Shown: positions 8,993-17,910, numbered from the stretch's first letter. The stretch is 59,380 nt of DNA from a virus (IMGVR_UViG_3300046010_007017:1-59380), one strand, 5' to 3'. The notes: generated from the sequence alone by a model not told the origin. Translations and numbers: made by a program.

Positions 8993-9001
8993 TATAAATA
9001 T
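8993..9001 (-). promoter_or_regulatory. putative phage late promoter (ATATTTATA)
   Basis: Same motif precedes most structural genes in the window. Confidence 0.6.
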
Positions 9002-9007
9002 ATTCTG

Positions 9008-9487
9008 TTATTTGTTTTCCCAGTATCTTCTTCGCACTAATGCGCCCAAATCAGCGTCATTGGATGTATTTAAAATATCTTCTTCAGATACAGTAATTAA
9101 TGTTGTTCTACGTCTCATTATTTCTTCGGTAGAAGTAGTTATAGTTTTGCCTTCATAGCAATCTTTACATAATTGTCCTGCTCCTTCTACATAACCATAT
9201 CTCATATCAATATGTTCATTTAATCGATATACAGTATCTATACCACACACTATACACTTTTCAATTGGGTTATCTTTTCTATACTCGGCAACATCTTTCA
9301 TGTCCTGTCCTAATTGACAAGCTAGGTGATTTGTTCCTACTAAATAGTCATAATCTACATTTGAAGTGTCCTTACCACAGAATTGACAAGTCCACATTGT
9401 TGTTTGTTTAGTTTCCATGTTTGTTTTTTTACCGCTTTTTTCTCTAATCCAGTTGTACATAAAGTCTTGATCTGATTTATTAGCCAT
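9008..9487 (-). CDS. hypothetical protein with zinc-ribbon motifs
   Basis: CQFC...HLAC and CIVC...CKDC. Confidence 0.6.
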   Translation of the reverse strand: MANKSDQDFMYNWIREKSGKKTNMETKQTTMWTCQFCGKDTSNVDYDYLVGTNHLACQLGQDMKDVAEYRKDNPIEKCIVCGIDTVYRLNEHIDMRYGYVEGAGQLCKDCYEGKTITTSTEEIMRRRTTLITVSEEDILNTSNDADLGALVRRRYWENK

Positions 9488-9735
9488 TACTTTTTAGTTT
9501 TTTTCTTAGGTACTGCCTTTTTAGCTTTTGGTTTTGGTTCTTCAATTTCCTCTAGGAATGAAAACTCAGTATCATCTTGATAACACTGGTCATCTTGAAG
9601 GCGAGTAATACCATCACACATCCCATCAGGGCAGTCTTCAACCATTTCGATTGCTGTTTCATAATCATCAGCTTCAACTATATAAGTCCAAGCTTCTACA
9701 AGGGTACGTTCACCCATAATTTTGTACTTTGGCAT
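9487..9735 (-). CDS. hypothetical protein
   Basis: Tightly packed ORF, acidic core with Lys-rich tail. Confidence 0.65.
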   Translation of the reverse strand: MPKYKIMGERTLVEAWTYIVEADDYETAIEMVEDCPDGMCDGITRLQDDQCYQDDTEFSFLEEIEEPKPKAKKAVPKKKTKK

Positions 9736-9736
9736 A

Positions 9737-10585
9737 TTATACGTTTAATGTTTTATCCCACGCAGCAATATGCAAACGCGTTAATCCTCTAAATCTATAT
9801 TTCTTAGCCATCTCCATTACGAATCGAGTACGCTCTTCAAAGTTAGCAGCATCGTCTAAACCTGGCATACAAACAACATTTTTAAGCGGTATTTCAAATG
9901 GTTCTACGAAGTCACGGAATAATTCTAATACATCATCTTCTGTGCTGATAACGAACTTAAACTGGTAGTTCTTGTGTTGTTTAATACGCTCAATTGCCTC
10001 TGGTACAATACGTTGTTTAGCTGTCATACCTGAGTTAGCTAATTTAGGTGAGCAATTAATTTGGTCTAGTATATTAAATAAAGGTAAATCAATTACTATA
10101 GTACCATTAGTTTCAATTTCTTGGAATGGAGTAAACTCATGCCAGCTAGTGCCTTGTGATATAACATTACCCCAATGGTTGTTAAAATTAACAATTGCTT
10201 CTTGATGACCTTTAATTGTTGGTTCACCACCTGTCCAAATAATATGAACAGTACCACGGTTTATATCATCATATACACCTTCCTCTTTCCATCTATCAAT
10301 CAGATATTGAAATTCTTTATCTTCACCTCTCCATAACCACTGAGATGTAGAGTCACAAGTCCATGTTGCTTTACCTTCTTTAACTAAATCACCTTCAAAT
10401 ATTTCACCATCTTCTAAAGATGCCTCTTTCATTAAAGCGTTAGTGAATGCACGAGACATACCACATGTTAGGTTACAAATACCTAAACGTACAAAATACG
10501 CAGGAATACCTGATGAAATACCTTCACCTTGAATCGTATAAAAGTCACTACTGATAAGTAGTTTATTTGGGTCAATTTTACTCAT
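9737..10585 (-). CDS. queE: 7-carboxy-7-deazaguanine synthase (radical SAM)
   Basis: FYTIQGEG, FVRLGICNLTC...WTCDS, TGGEP, IETNGT, CSPKL, FKFV, RLHI. Confidence 0.92.
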   Translation of the reverse strand: MSKIDPNKLLISSDFYTIQGEGISSGIPAYFVRLGICNLTCGMSRAFTNALMKEASLEDGEIFEGDLVKEGKATWTCDSTSQWLWRGEDKEFQYLIDRWKEEGVYDDINRGTVHIIWTGGEPTIKGHQEAIVNFNNHWGNVISQGTSWHEFTPFQEIETNGTIVIDLPLFNILDQINCSPKLANSGMTAKQRIVPEAIERIKQHKNYQFKFVISTEDDVLELFRDFVEPFEIPLKNVVCMPGLDDAANFEERTRFVMEMAKKYRFRGLTRLHIAAWDKTLNV

Positions 10586-10716
10586 TTGAATATTGTTTTT
10601 ATATAATTGAAGATAACACCAATATTTGGGTTCTCAACAAATATTATTAAAAGATTTATGTGTTTTTCTCCACATAATCCTATTGCGTGTTCAACTATGT
10701 GTACTAACTCGTGCAT
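10582..10716 (-). CDS. 44-aa hypothetical protein
   Basis: Not in ORF track. MHELVHIVEHAIGLCGEKHINLLIIFVENPNIGVIFNYIKTIFK*; ATGA overlap with the queE start. Confidence 0.65.
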   Translation of the reverse strand: MHELVHIVEHAIGLCGEKHINLLIIFVENPNIGVIFNYIKTIFK

Positions 10717-10720
10717 AATT

Positions 10721-10981
10721 TTATTTTAATGCGTTATCAGATGCAACTGCTTCACGTTGTTTTTCGCCTAGTTTTTTTCGGCGTAATGCTTTTTCGCTTA
10801 TAGTTGTTTCTTTTTGTTCTTGATCTTCTACTTGTTTTTCAGAAACGGGTGGTCTTAATGCTTTCCACTCAGATTTAGGGCAGAACACCCATGTACGGCC
10901 AGACATGCTATCTGCTGTCTTGTTATCTACTCTAATGATATTACCGTTTGTTGTATTTTTTAAACACTTCATTTTGTCCAT
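10721..10981 (-). CDS. hypothetical protein
   Basis: Packed ORF, basic. Confidence 0.7.
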   Translation of the reverse strand: MDKMKCLKNTTNGNIIRVDNKTADSMSGRTWVFCPKSEWKALRPPVSEKQVEDQEQKETTISEKALRRKKLGEKQREAVASDNALK

Positions 10982-10994
10982 GTTTTAATAATTA

Positions 10995-11031
10995 ATAAAA
11001 ATAAAACATCCCCTTTTTTAAGGGGGATGTT
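10995..11031 (-). terminator. intrinsic terminator
   Basis: Minus strand AACATCCCC-loop-GGGGATGTT followed by TTATTTTT. Confidence 0.8.
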
Positions 11032-11052
11032 GGGGTTTAATAAACTAGTTTT

Positions 11053-11262
11053 TTAAGCTAATTCACTGTTTTTAACACGACGACGAGTTAAACTGTACAT
11101 CGCATTTGCTAAAGTATCATTGATACTTCTTTCACCTGCTAACACATAGTTTACAAAACGAGTTGTGTAACCTGTGTTTTCAGCTAAACGAGCTGTGTCG
11201 CCTTCGCGTTTGCGGGCTGTGTAGAATGCTAATTTAGCGGTTTTGTTTAGTTTGTTTGACAT
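11053..11262 (-). CDS. small Cro/XRE-like helix-turn-helix DNA-binding protein
   Basis: TARLAENTGYTTRFVNYVLAGER HTH-like pattern; basic; followed by a terminator. Confidence 0.6.
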   Translation of the reverse strand: MSNKLNKTAKLAFYTARKREGDTARLAENTGYTTRFVNYVLAGERSINDTLANAMYSLTRRRVKNSELA

Positions 11263-11281
11263 AACTATATTGGGTTTTAAA

Positions 11282-12130
11282 TTACTTATTATGTGAATCT
11301 AATACTTTTTGTACTGATTCTTTTACTTCTTCCCATTTAACAGTACGGATACCACCCTCTGGTAATTGTTCTCCGTATTGTACGGGATCAGGACGACCTA
11401 ATTTGATAAACGCTTCTACACGTTCAACAGATGCTGCTGATTTATAATCAGATAACCAAATATCATCTGTTAATTTAATTGGTTTGTATGATGTATTTGT
11501 ACGTTTGTATACTTCATCAAAGTCAAAACCTAATGTATTACATGATGCTAAACCATCTTTTAAAATATCATACTTATTTACTTCAAGGTATGGAGTATAA
11601 TGATATACTAATTCGTAATCCCAATTACCTGCTTTAAATGCATCAAAATCAATATCTCTAAATTCTTGTCTGCAGTCAGGATAAATTGCATGATCACCAG
11701 CATGAATACCCATTGCAATAGCTACTTGTTGCTTTTCACCTCTAGTTGCAATTGATAATGCTACTGCTTGAATCAATGAAGAAAATATTTTGTTACGATT
11801 AGGTACAACTGTTTCTTTCATGTTATCTTGCTCGTAATGTCCTTCAGGAACATCAGCACCACCAGTTACTAAAGCTGAATTTAATAATTTAGATAAACCA
11901 TCTAATTTAATAATTTGAAAATTTACTTTTTGATATGGTATATTTTCTGCTTCAGAATCATAACCATCATTAATGTACTGTACTAATGATGCAGCACGCT
12001 CTAATTCTATTTTATGTTTTTGACCGTAGTCAAAACCTAATGCTGTTACTTGATAGCCGTTAGCTAATAGGTGTAACAATAATGAACTACTGTCCATTCC
12101 ACCTGATAATGATAAAACTGCTTGTTTCAT
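11282..12130 (-). CDS. queC: 7-cyano-7-deazaguanine synthase (start revised to 12130)
   Basis: LSLSGGMDSS, FDYGQKH, TVVPNRN, GIHAGDHAIYPDCR. Confidence 0.93.
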   Translation of the reverse strand: MKQAVLSLSGGMDSSSLLLHLLANGYQVTALGFDYGQKHKIELERAASLVQYINDGYDSEAENIPYQKVNFQIIKLDGLSKLLNSALVTGGADVPEGHYEQDNMKETVVPNRNKIFSSLIQAVALSIATRGEKQQVAIAMGIHAGDHAIYPDCRQEFRDIDFDAFKAGNWDYELVYHYTPYLEVNKYDILKDGLASCNTLGFDFDEVYKRTNTSYKPIKLTDDIWLSDYKSAASVERVEAFIKLGRPDPVQYGEQLPEGGIRTVKWEEVKESVQKVLDSHNK

Positions 12131-12131
12131 A

Positions 12132-12431
12132 TTAATATATTCTTTTTTCTGCTTGTACAAAACTATCTTCCATTAATAAGGTATTTAACTCATTAATGTC
12201 CATTCCTTCAGTATTTAAATCAATAGTATCTGATTCATCATATGATGCTTCAAAAAAATCATCTAAAAATGCAGGGGGATATAATAAAACATCACCTTGG
12301 TATTTTTTGTTAGATACATAACGTTTTTGAGGTATTACGTTTTTTGCTTTAGCATATTCAGCTACTTGTTTTCCTAAAATAGAACCTGCTGCTTCTCCTA
12401 AATAATCGTAAAGTGAAATGTAATCGGACAT
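12132..12431 (-). CDS. hypothetical protein (start revised to 12431, MSDYISLYDYLG)
   Basis: The longer ORF overlaps thioredoxin; ATG at 12431 follows an A-rich leader. Confidence 0.65.
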   Translation of the reverse strand: MSDYISLYDYLGEAAGSILGKQVAEYAKAKNVIPQKRYVSNKKYQGDVLLYPPAFLDDFFEASYDESDTIDLNTEGMDINELNTLLMEDSFVQAEKRIY

Positions 12432-12450
12432 AACTTTTATTTTTTTAATT

Positions 12451-12693
12451 TTATTTGAATAATTGAAGGTAATAACTCTTTGGTTGGGCTCCCACCTTTC
12501 TTTCAATTTCCTTTCCATCAACTAATAAGATAGTAGTAGGAATAGATGAAATACTATACTCACGAGCTAGTTCTGATTGAGTATCAATGTTGATTTTTTT
12601 AATAGGATGTGTTTGTGCTAATTCTTCCATTATAGGAGCTAACATTTTGCACGGTCCGCACCACGGTGCGCTAAAATATAATAATTGTTTCAT
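12451..12693 (-). CDS. trxA: thioredoxin
   Basis: WCGPC active site, SIPT motif. Confidence 0.93.
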   Translation of the reverse strand: MKQLLYFSAPWCGPCKMLAPIMEELAQTHPIKKINIDTQSELAREYSISSIPTTILLVDGKEIERKVGAQPKSYYLQLFK

Positions 12694-12968
12694 TATTGGT
12701 AGTGTTTTAATTTTTTTCTTAATATATCAATTCTAATTTGGCAATACCATTTTCCCATATTGCCTGATGCATTAGCATATCTTTCTTGCCAGTATTCGAT
12801 TGCTTTATTTGTTTTTTCGTTTGCTTTTTCAAGTATATCGATATCATAGTAACTATGAGGTTCTAACATTGCTTCTTCCCATTCTTTTTGATCGATGGGT
12901 TTTGATTGTTCGTATTCTTCACGAAGTATTTTGCGACGTGATTTTTCTTGATTTTTCTTAGAGCTCAT
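12693..12968 (-). CDS. hypothetical protein (start revised to 12968)
   Basis: MSSKKNQ start minimises the overlap with queD. Confidence 0.55.
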   Translation of the reverse strand: MSSKKNQEKSRRKILREEYEQSKPIDQKEWEEAMLEPHSYYDIDILEKANEKTNKAIEYWQERYANASGNMGKWYCQIRIDILRKKLKHYQ

Positions 12969-13422
12969 ATACAGCTGTATTTTTATTATGTTCGGCAAAT
13001 TCAACGCGTATTACTTTAACTCTGCCGTTTGTTTCTTCTTGAACAAATATGTCTAATTTTTCAAAAATGTATTTTGCAAATTGTTCTGCTCCCACACTTG
13101 GTAAAATTCTAATTTGAGCAGCACCTGCATTTCCCATTTCTATAAATGCATTTAAAAATGGATCATCTTCAGCGATTAATGTAGTATGATCAAACATGTA
13201 GTCCATCCATTCTTTAGGATTTTTACCATCGATAGTACCTTTAGCACGTTTCATTCCACCGAAATCCCATACCCAATTTTTTTCGTCTAAGTCACCTTCG
13301 AACCATACTTTAAATGATACTCCGTATCCATGAAGGAATTTACAATGAGTACCTTCTGCTTTCCACTGACGGAATACTGTACTGAAACCGTCAAATATTT
13401 TTGTTGATTGAAACTTTGGCAT
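12958..13422 (-). CDS. queD: 6-carboxy-5,6,7,8-tetrahydropterin synthase
   Basis: HCKFLHGY, WVWDFG, FDHTTL, GAEQFA, EHNKN. Confidence 0.92.
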   Translation of the reverse strand: MPKFQSTKIFDGFSTVFRQWKAEGTHCKFLHGYGVSFKVWFEGDLDEKNWVWDFGGMKRAKGTIDGKNPKEWMDYMFDHTTLIAEDDPFLNAFIEMGNAGAAQIRILPSVGAEQFAKYIFEKLDIFVQEETNGRVKVIRVEFAEHNKNTAVYEL

Positions 13423-13427
13423 ATATT

Positions 13428-14216
13428 TTATTTTATAAATTGTTTAAACATTTCGACGTTAAATTTAATATCTTCTATTTGGTCACTCAAATCCTTTTCA
13501 AAATAATGTTCAAGTTTTTCCTTTGGTTTCCATAATATACCACTGTCAGTGTATCTTTGACTTTCAGCTCCAACTAAAATTGGATTAGACGTATCCACTG
13601 ATTTAATGAATGGCCAATCTTTATATGACATAAATTCTTGTGGTAATGAGCATCCTAATAAATGATGATAATGTGACTTTCTAATAGTACCAGATGCAAC
13701 TAAACGTCTAATAAATTCCATTCTACCATACATTGATGCTTTTAAATGATTCATTCCAGTATATTCGTGTTGATACGCAATACTAGAATGGTTAAATGCA
13801 ATATGTGTATAACCTAAATCGACTAATGTTTGATATGTAGTTGTTAGTTCAGTCATATCATTACCTTGACACACAGCCATTAAGTTAACACCTTCAGGTA
13901 AACCTGCTTTATAGTTAATCATCCAACTTTTAGCATTTACTAAGGTTGTATTAGCATCATTCCAAGCGTCAGGAACAATGAATATATCAGGACGAACTAA
14001 GTTAATTTTTTCTAATAAATCTTCTGTTGTGTGTAGTACACCCTCGAATAAACCATTATCCATGATAATAAAGCGATTAGCATGTGTTCTTGAATAATAA
14101 AAGAATTCTTTATATTCTGAGTATTTGTCAATCAAATGGGGAAGACAGTAATCATAGTCATTCCATGTATACGCATACTTCATTAAGTCTAAAGGTAGTT
14201 CATGACTAATTTTCAT
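13428..14216 (-). CDS. TGT-fold transglycosylase (DpdA-like 7-deazaguanine DNA insertion candidate; start revised to 14216)
   Basis: IMDNG, IVPD, AVCQG, HHLLG and SVDTS motifs in TGT order; adjacent to queD. Confidence 0.7.
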   Translation of the reverse strand: MKISHELPLDLMKYAYTWNDYDYCLPHLIDKYSEYKEFFYYSRTHANRFIIMDNGLFEGVLHTTEDLLEKINLVRPDIFIVPDAWNDANTTLVNAKSWMINYKAGLPEGVNLMAVCQGNDMTELTTTYQTLVDLGYTHIAFNHSSIAYQHEYTGMNHLKASMYGRMEFIRRLVASGTIRKSHYHHLLGCSLPQEFMSYKDWPFIKSVDTSNPILVGAESQRYTDSGILWKPKEKLEHYFEKDLSDQIEDIKFNVEMFKQFIK

Positions 14217-14394
14217 CTTGTTCAATTGATTTAATGTTCTCAAAATCACCCATTACTTTATCAAGAATTGCTAAAACACGATCAACATCAGCTTTTGTAG
14301 GGTCTGCAATCATTTGTTCTAGTTCTTCCTTTAATTTAGGAAGATCATCTATTACTTTAGATAATTCTTCATCAGATAGTTCTTTATCGTCCAT
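14206..14394 (-). CDS. acidic hypothetical protein
   Basis: 62-aa ORF directly after a sigma-type promoter. Confidence 0.65.
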   Translation of the reverse strand: MDDKELSDEELSKVIDDLPKLKEELEQMIADPTKADVDRVLAILDKVMGDFENIKSIEQDEN

Positions 14395-14399
14395 ATTGT

Positions 14400-14431
14400 T
14401 AAATTTAAATTAATTATTTGGCTTTTCCAAG
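14400..14431 (-). promoter_or_regulatory. Bacteroidota-type promoter upstream of the TGT-like/queD/trx/queC run
   Basis: CTTG-N20-TAAATTTA. Confidence 0.55.
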
Positions 14432-14619
14432 TATTTTTCTTGAAGTTTTACTTTACCTTTTGTGTGTTTTGGATCAAAGGGGCAATGGCGACAACCATTT
14501 CCACAACATTGACCTCTATTAATGTGGAAGAGCGCAGAAAAAATCACGCGCTCTCCCTCCATATAATAATGAATACCTTCTATAAAATCTTTAGACGACT
14601 TCACAAGCACCTCCTGCAC
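14410..14619 (-). CDS. DUF5522-like Cys-rich small protein
   Basis: HINRGQCCGNGCRHCPF. Confidence 0.75.
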   Translation of the reverse strand: MQEVLVKSSKDFIEGIHYYMEGERVIFSALFHINRGQCCGNGCRHCPFDPKHTKGKVKLQEKYLEKPNN

Positions 14620-16462
14620 ACGCTGCTTGGTCCATTAAATTTGTTTCATCGTTAAATTCAACTACTTTAGTCAAATCTAAACCTTGTAAATGTGAAGCCA
14701 TTTCATTGAATTGTTCTTCAGTAATGTCTTCAAATGGAGCTTGAATGTAACTTCCTCCAAAGTAAGGTAATACTGATAATCCGTTAAATGTGTCTTTATT
14801 TTCCCACATCCACTTACCTACTTCTTCCCATTCAGTTTCAGTAATAGATACTGTAGCAGATACGTTATTTGTGTTTGCTCCTTTTCTATGTCCTTTTTTA
14901 ACCCATTCTACATTATATTTGCGAACACGTTCTAATAATTCAAGTGCAGATTCACTTCTTAAAATAGAACCTTCTGGTGCTTTTTGTGGAACTGAGATTA
15001 CAGCTTGGATTGTTGGTTTAAAGTATTCGTCTTCTACTAATTCAGGATGATTAATTGATAAGTAAGTATATAATGCTTCATTTTTACCTACTCTCATTCT
15101 ACGAACGTAGTATGGAGCGTGCCAAGCGTGAATACCACTTGATGTACCTAACACTAATGATGAAGTACCTGATGGTTTAACTGTAGTTACACGAGCTGCT
15201 TTGTTAATGCCGATAATTTCAGCAATACGAGCATTTTCTGCTTTAGCAACATCTGCTGCTTCTTTTAAGTTGTAATTTAATACAACACCAGATCCAATAC
15301 CCGTTTGTCCTACACCGATTAATGCGTCTTTTTCAGTGGTTTTTCTCCATATATCACGTAAGTAATGGAAATCAGTATATGATGCTTGTAAAGTACCAAT
15401 AAGTGCAGCTGCACGGGATCTTTCATTCAAATCTTCTTGTGATTCAACGTCTGAAGCGTTTAATTCACATAAGTTACAGAATTGATACGGGCGAAGTGCA
15501 ATTTCACAACATGGGTTTGTTCCCCAATCTTTATCATTGCTGAAGTATAGTCCTGGTTCTCCAGATCCACTTGCTTCAATTTTCTTCCATAATTTGAAGA
15601 ATTCTTCTTCTGTAATTTTGTGGCGTAAGATAACTGCAGAGTTATTTGCTCTACCTCTTTGTGGATTTGCTTCCCACCAGCTTCCAAATTTACTTGTCAA
15701 CATATCTTCATCATCTAAGTTGAATAATGAGATTAATGCTGCTCTTCTAATACCACCACTTAATACTGCATCTGCAATATGGCAAACAATATCGTGTGCC
15801 TCAAGTGATGATAATTTATCTCCATTTTTCTTGCGATCAAAAATCTTTTGGATTTGGAATAAACATTCTTTTAATGGTTCCGGACCAGGTGCTTTACCAC
15901 CAGCTGTAATTAAACGAGCTCCTTTTGGTCTGATGTCTCTAAAATCAAATAACGGTAATGGTGATCCTGTAAAATATGCTTTAACTAATATTTTAACGGC
16001 ATCAGCCCAACCTTCAATACTATCACTAACTAAATAGCGCTTTTGTTTTGTTGGCAATTTAATCTCAGGTAATTCTCCAATGTGATGTTGTTGAACACTA
16101 AATCCAACTCCCGTTCCCGATAATAATAGGAACATCGTTTCACTAAATGAACGATAATCATCAATTGGTAAATAAGCACAGTTATATATACGTGTGTTAT
16201 TTATTTCAATTGGTTTTCCTGCGAATTGTAACGAACGCATTGACGGTAGTATCTTTTTATCGTAAACTAACTCATATGCTTTTGTGATTTCGTCTTTTAA
16301 TTGTGGGAACTTAGATATATGCATATCTCTGTTTCTTGTAACAATTTCTTCCCATGTCTCTCTTCTCTGTAACTCTGGATTGAATTTAGCATATTTGTTA
16401 TATACTGTAATATCTGAAAGAATACTCACCGAAGGATGAACAGATTGTTTTCCTTTACTCAT
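14591..16462 (-). CDS. nrdJ: class II (adenosylcobalamin-dependent) ribonucleoside-triphosphate reductase
   Basis: YNC, GTGVGFS, GGIRRAA, GTNPCCEI, VKPSGT and C-terminal ACAGGACEV. Confidence 0.93.
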   Translation of the reverse strand: MSKGKQSVHPSVSILSDITVYNKYAKFNPELQRRETWEEIVTRNRDMHISKFPQLKDEITKAYELVYDKKILPSMRSLQFAGKPIEINNTRIYNCAYLPIDDYRSFSETMFLLLSGTGVGFSVQQHHIGELPEIKLPTKQKRYLVSDSIEGWADAVKILVKAYFTGSPLPLFDFRDIRPKGARLITAGGKAPGPEPLKECLFQIQKIFDRKKNGDKLSSLEAHDIVCHIADAVLSGGIRRAALISLFNLDDEDMLTSKFGSWWEANPQRGRANNSAVILRHKITEEEFFKLWKKIEASGSGEPGLYFSNDKDWGTNPCCEIALRPYQFCNLCELNASDVESQEDLNERSRAAALIGTLQASYTDFHYLRDIWRKTTEKDALIGVGQTGIGSGVVLNYNLKEAADVAKAENARIAEIIGINKAARVTTVKPSGTSSLVLGTSSGIHAWHAPYYVRRMRVGKNEALYTYLSINHPELVEDEYFKPTIQAVISVPQKAPEGSILRSESALELLERVRKYNVEWVKKGHRKGANTNNVSATVSITETEWEEVGKWMWENKDTFNGLSVLPYFGGSYIQAPFEDITEEQFNEMASHLQGLDLTKVVEFNDETNLMDQAACAGGACEVV

Positions 16463-16524
16463 AGCGTAATTAAATTTTTAAATTGGTTTTTCTGAATGTG
16501 TTTATAAATACAATATATACAATG

Positions 16525-17892
16525 CTAATCTGAACTAGTGATAAAGTTTTTTAAGAAGTCTTTTTCATCTTTATCTAATGCATTGTAGTCATTTGGTTTC
16601 TTAGGAGAACCGTTTTGAGGCGTGTCTATATTTAAGAAATCTTCATATATCTCTATATGTCCTGTTGATGTATCTATTTTAGAATCAAACGTCATACCGT
16701 CAGCACCTAATCTATTCTTCATAACGTGCCAACGTCCTGTTCCGTTTAATTTATCGTTTCTGTTTCTAGCTAAAGATACGACAATATCTCCAATCATCAA
16801 CTTAGAATAAGAACCAGCAATATTACTTCCTTCAATAATCTCACTATTAGCTCCTGTTCTATTTGCTTGTGAAGGAGTAACAATAGGTAATCCTAATTCT
16901 CTAGCTAAACCTCTAATACTTGTATATATGTCTTCTGTTCCTTCTAATCTATCTCTAGCTGAATTTTTTAATAAGTCGATATAGTCAATAAAGATAATAT
17001 CGGGCATGAATTCATATTGTGTTTTTAACTGTTCAATATGTTGTTCAATAGTATCTAATGTTGTTTTACCTGATGGGAATTCTTTTACTTTAATTTTACC
17101 AGGTAAATTTTCAACTAATTGTTCAATTTCAGCTCTATGTGTTAATATTTTATCTACAGGCACATTAAGTAAATTAGCGTCAATACGTCTTGCAACATAT
17201 GTTTCACTTAATTCTAGTGTGTAGTATAATACATTAAATCCTAATTTAGCGGCGTGAGCAGCCATAGCAATAATTGCCCAAGATTTACCACCACCTGGAT
17301 TTCCAAATACAATACCTAATTCACCTTTACCAATACCACCTTGTGTAATATCATTAAATACAGGCCAAGGGAATGGAATAGGTCCTCTATTATCTTCGCG
17401 GTAACGCGTTTCAACATCCTTTTCATACTCGTGGCCAATTGATCGTACTTCGCCGATTTTCAACGCATTAAGAATGATTTGACGTATAGAATCAAAATCG
17501 TTTGTGCTTAATAAATCTGCAGACGTAACAATAGCTTTCTTCATTTGTTGATTCTTACAGAAACCTAAAAATTCATCCTTAATATACTGAATATCTGTTT
17601 GTTCTGATTCACGATATGCTTGTGCTAGTTGTTCTTTAATAGCGATTTTTAATACATCGTTATCTATTTTTTGTACTTCAACCTTAATAGCATCCATTGA
17701 AGGAACAGTATGGTATTTGTTAAAGTATTTAAGAATTTCTTTAATAATCCATTGGTGTGATGTGTTTTCAAAAAACTCATCGCTTAGTGATTCTGAAATT
17801 GTAATTAAGAAGTCCCTATCTGTTAGTAGGGCACCCATTACTTTTACTTGGAAAGTGGGGCCGTATTGGCTCAATTTGCTCAACGTTGTCAT
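16525..17892 (-). CDS. DnaB/gp41-like replicative helicase
   Basis: Walker A GNPGGGKS, YYTLEL, IFIDYIDLL, SQANR, KNRLG. Confidence 0.92.
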   Translation of the reverse strand: MTTLSKLSQYGPTFQVKVMGALLTDRDFLITISESLSDEFFENTSHQWIIKEILKYFNKYHTVPSMDAIKVEVQKIDNDVLKIAIKEQLAQAYRESEQTDIQYIKDEFLGFCKNQQMKKAIVTSADLLSTNDFDSIRQIILNALKIGEVRSIGHEYEKDVETRYREDNRGPIPFPWPVFNDITQGGIGKGELGIVFGNPGGGKSWAIIAMAAHAAKLGFNVLYYTLELSETYVARRIDANLLNVPVDKILTHRAEIEQLVENLPGKIKVKEFPSGKTTLDTIEQHIEQLKTQYEFMPDIIFIDYIDLLKNSARDRLEGTEDIYTSIRGLARELGLPIVTPSQANRTGANSEIIEGSNIAGSYSKLMIGDIVVSLARNRNDKLNGTGRWHVMKNRLGADGMTFDSKIDTSTGHIEIYEDFLNIDTPQNGSPKKPNDYNALDKDEKDFLKNFITSSD

Positions 17893-17910
17893 TCGTAACT
17901 TTTATTTTTG

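Noticed and set aside
163-14216. Bacterial chromosomal queuosine operon
   Set aside because: The genes are interleaved with phage lysis and replication genes on one strand, with no queA/queF/queG; the context is viral.
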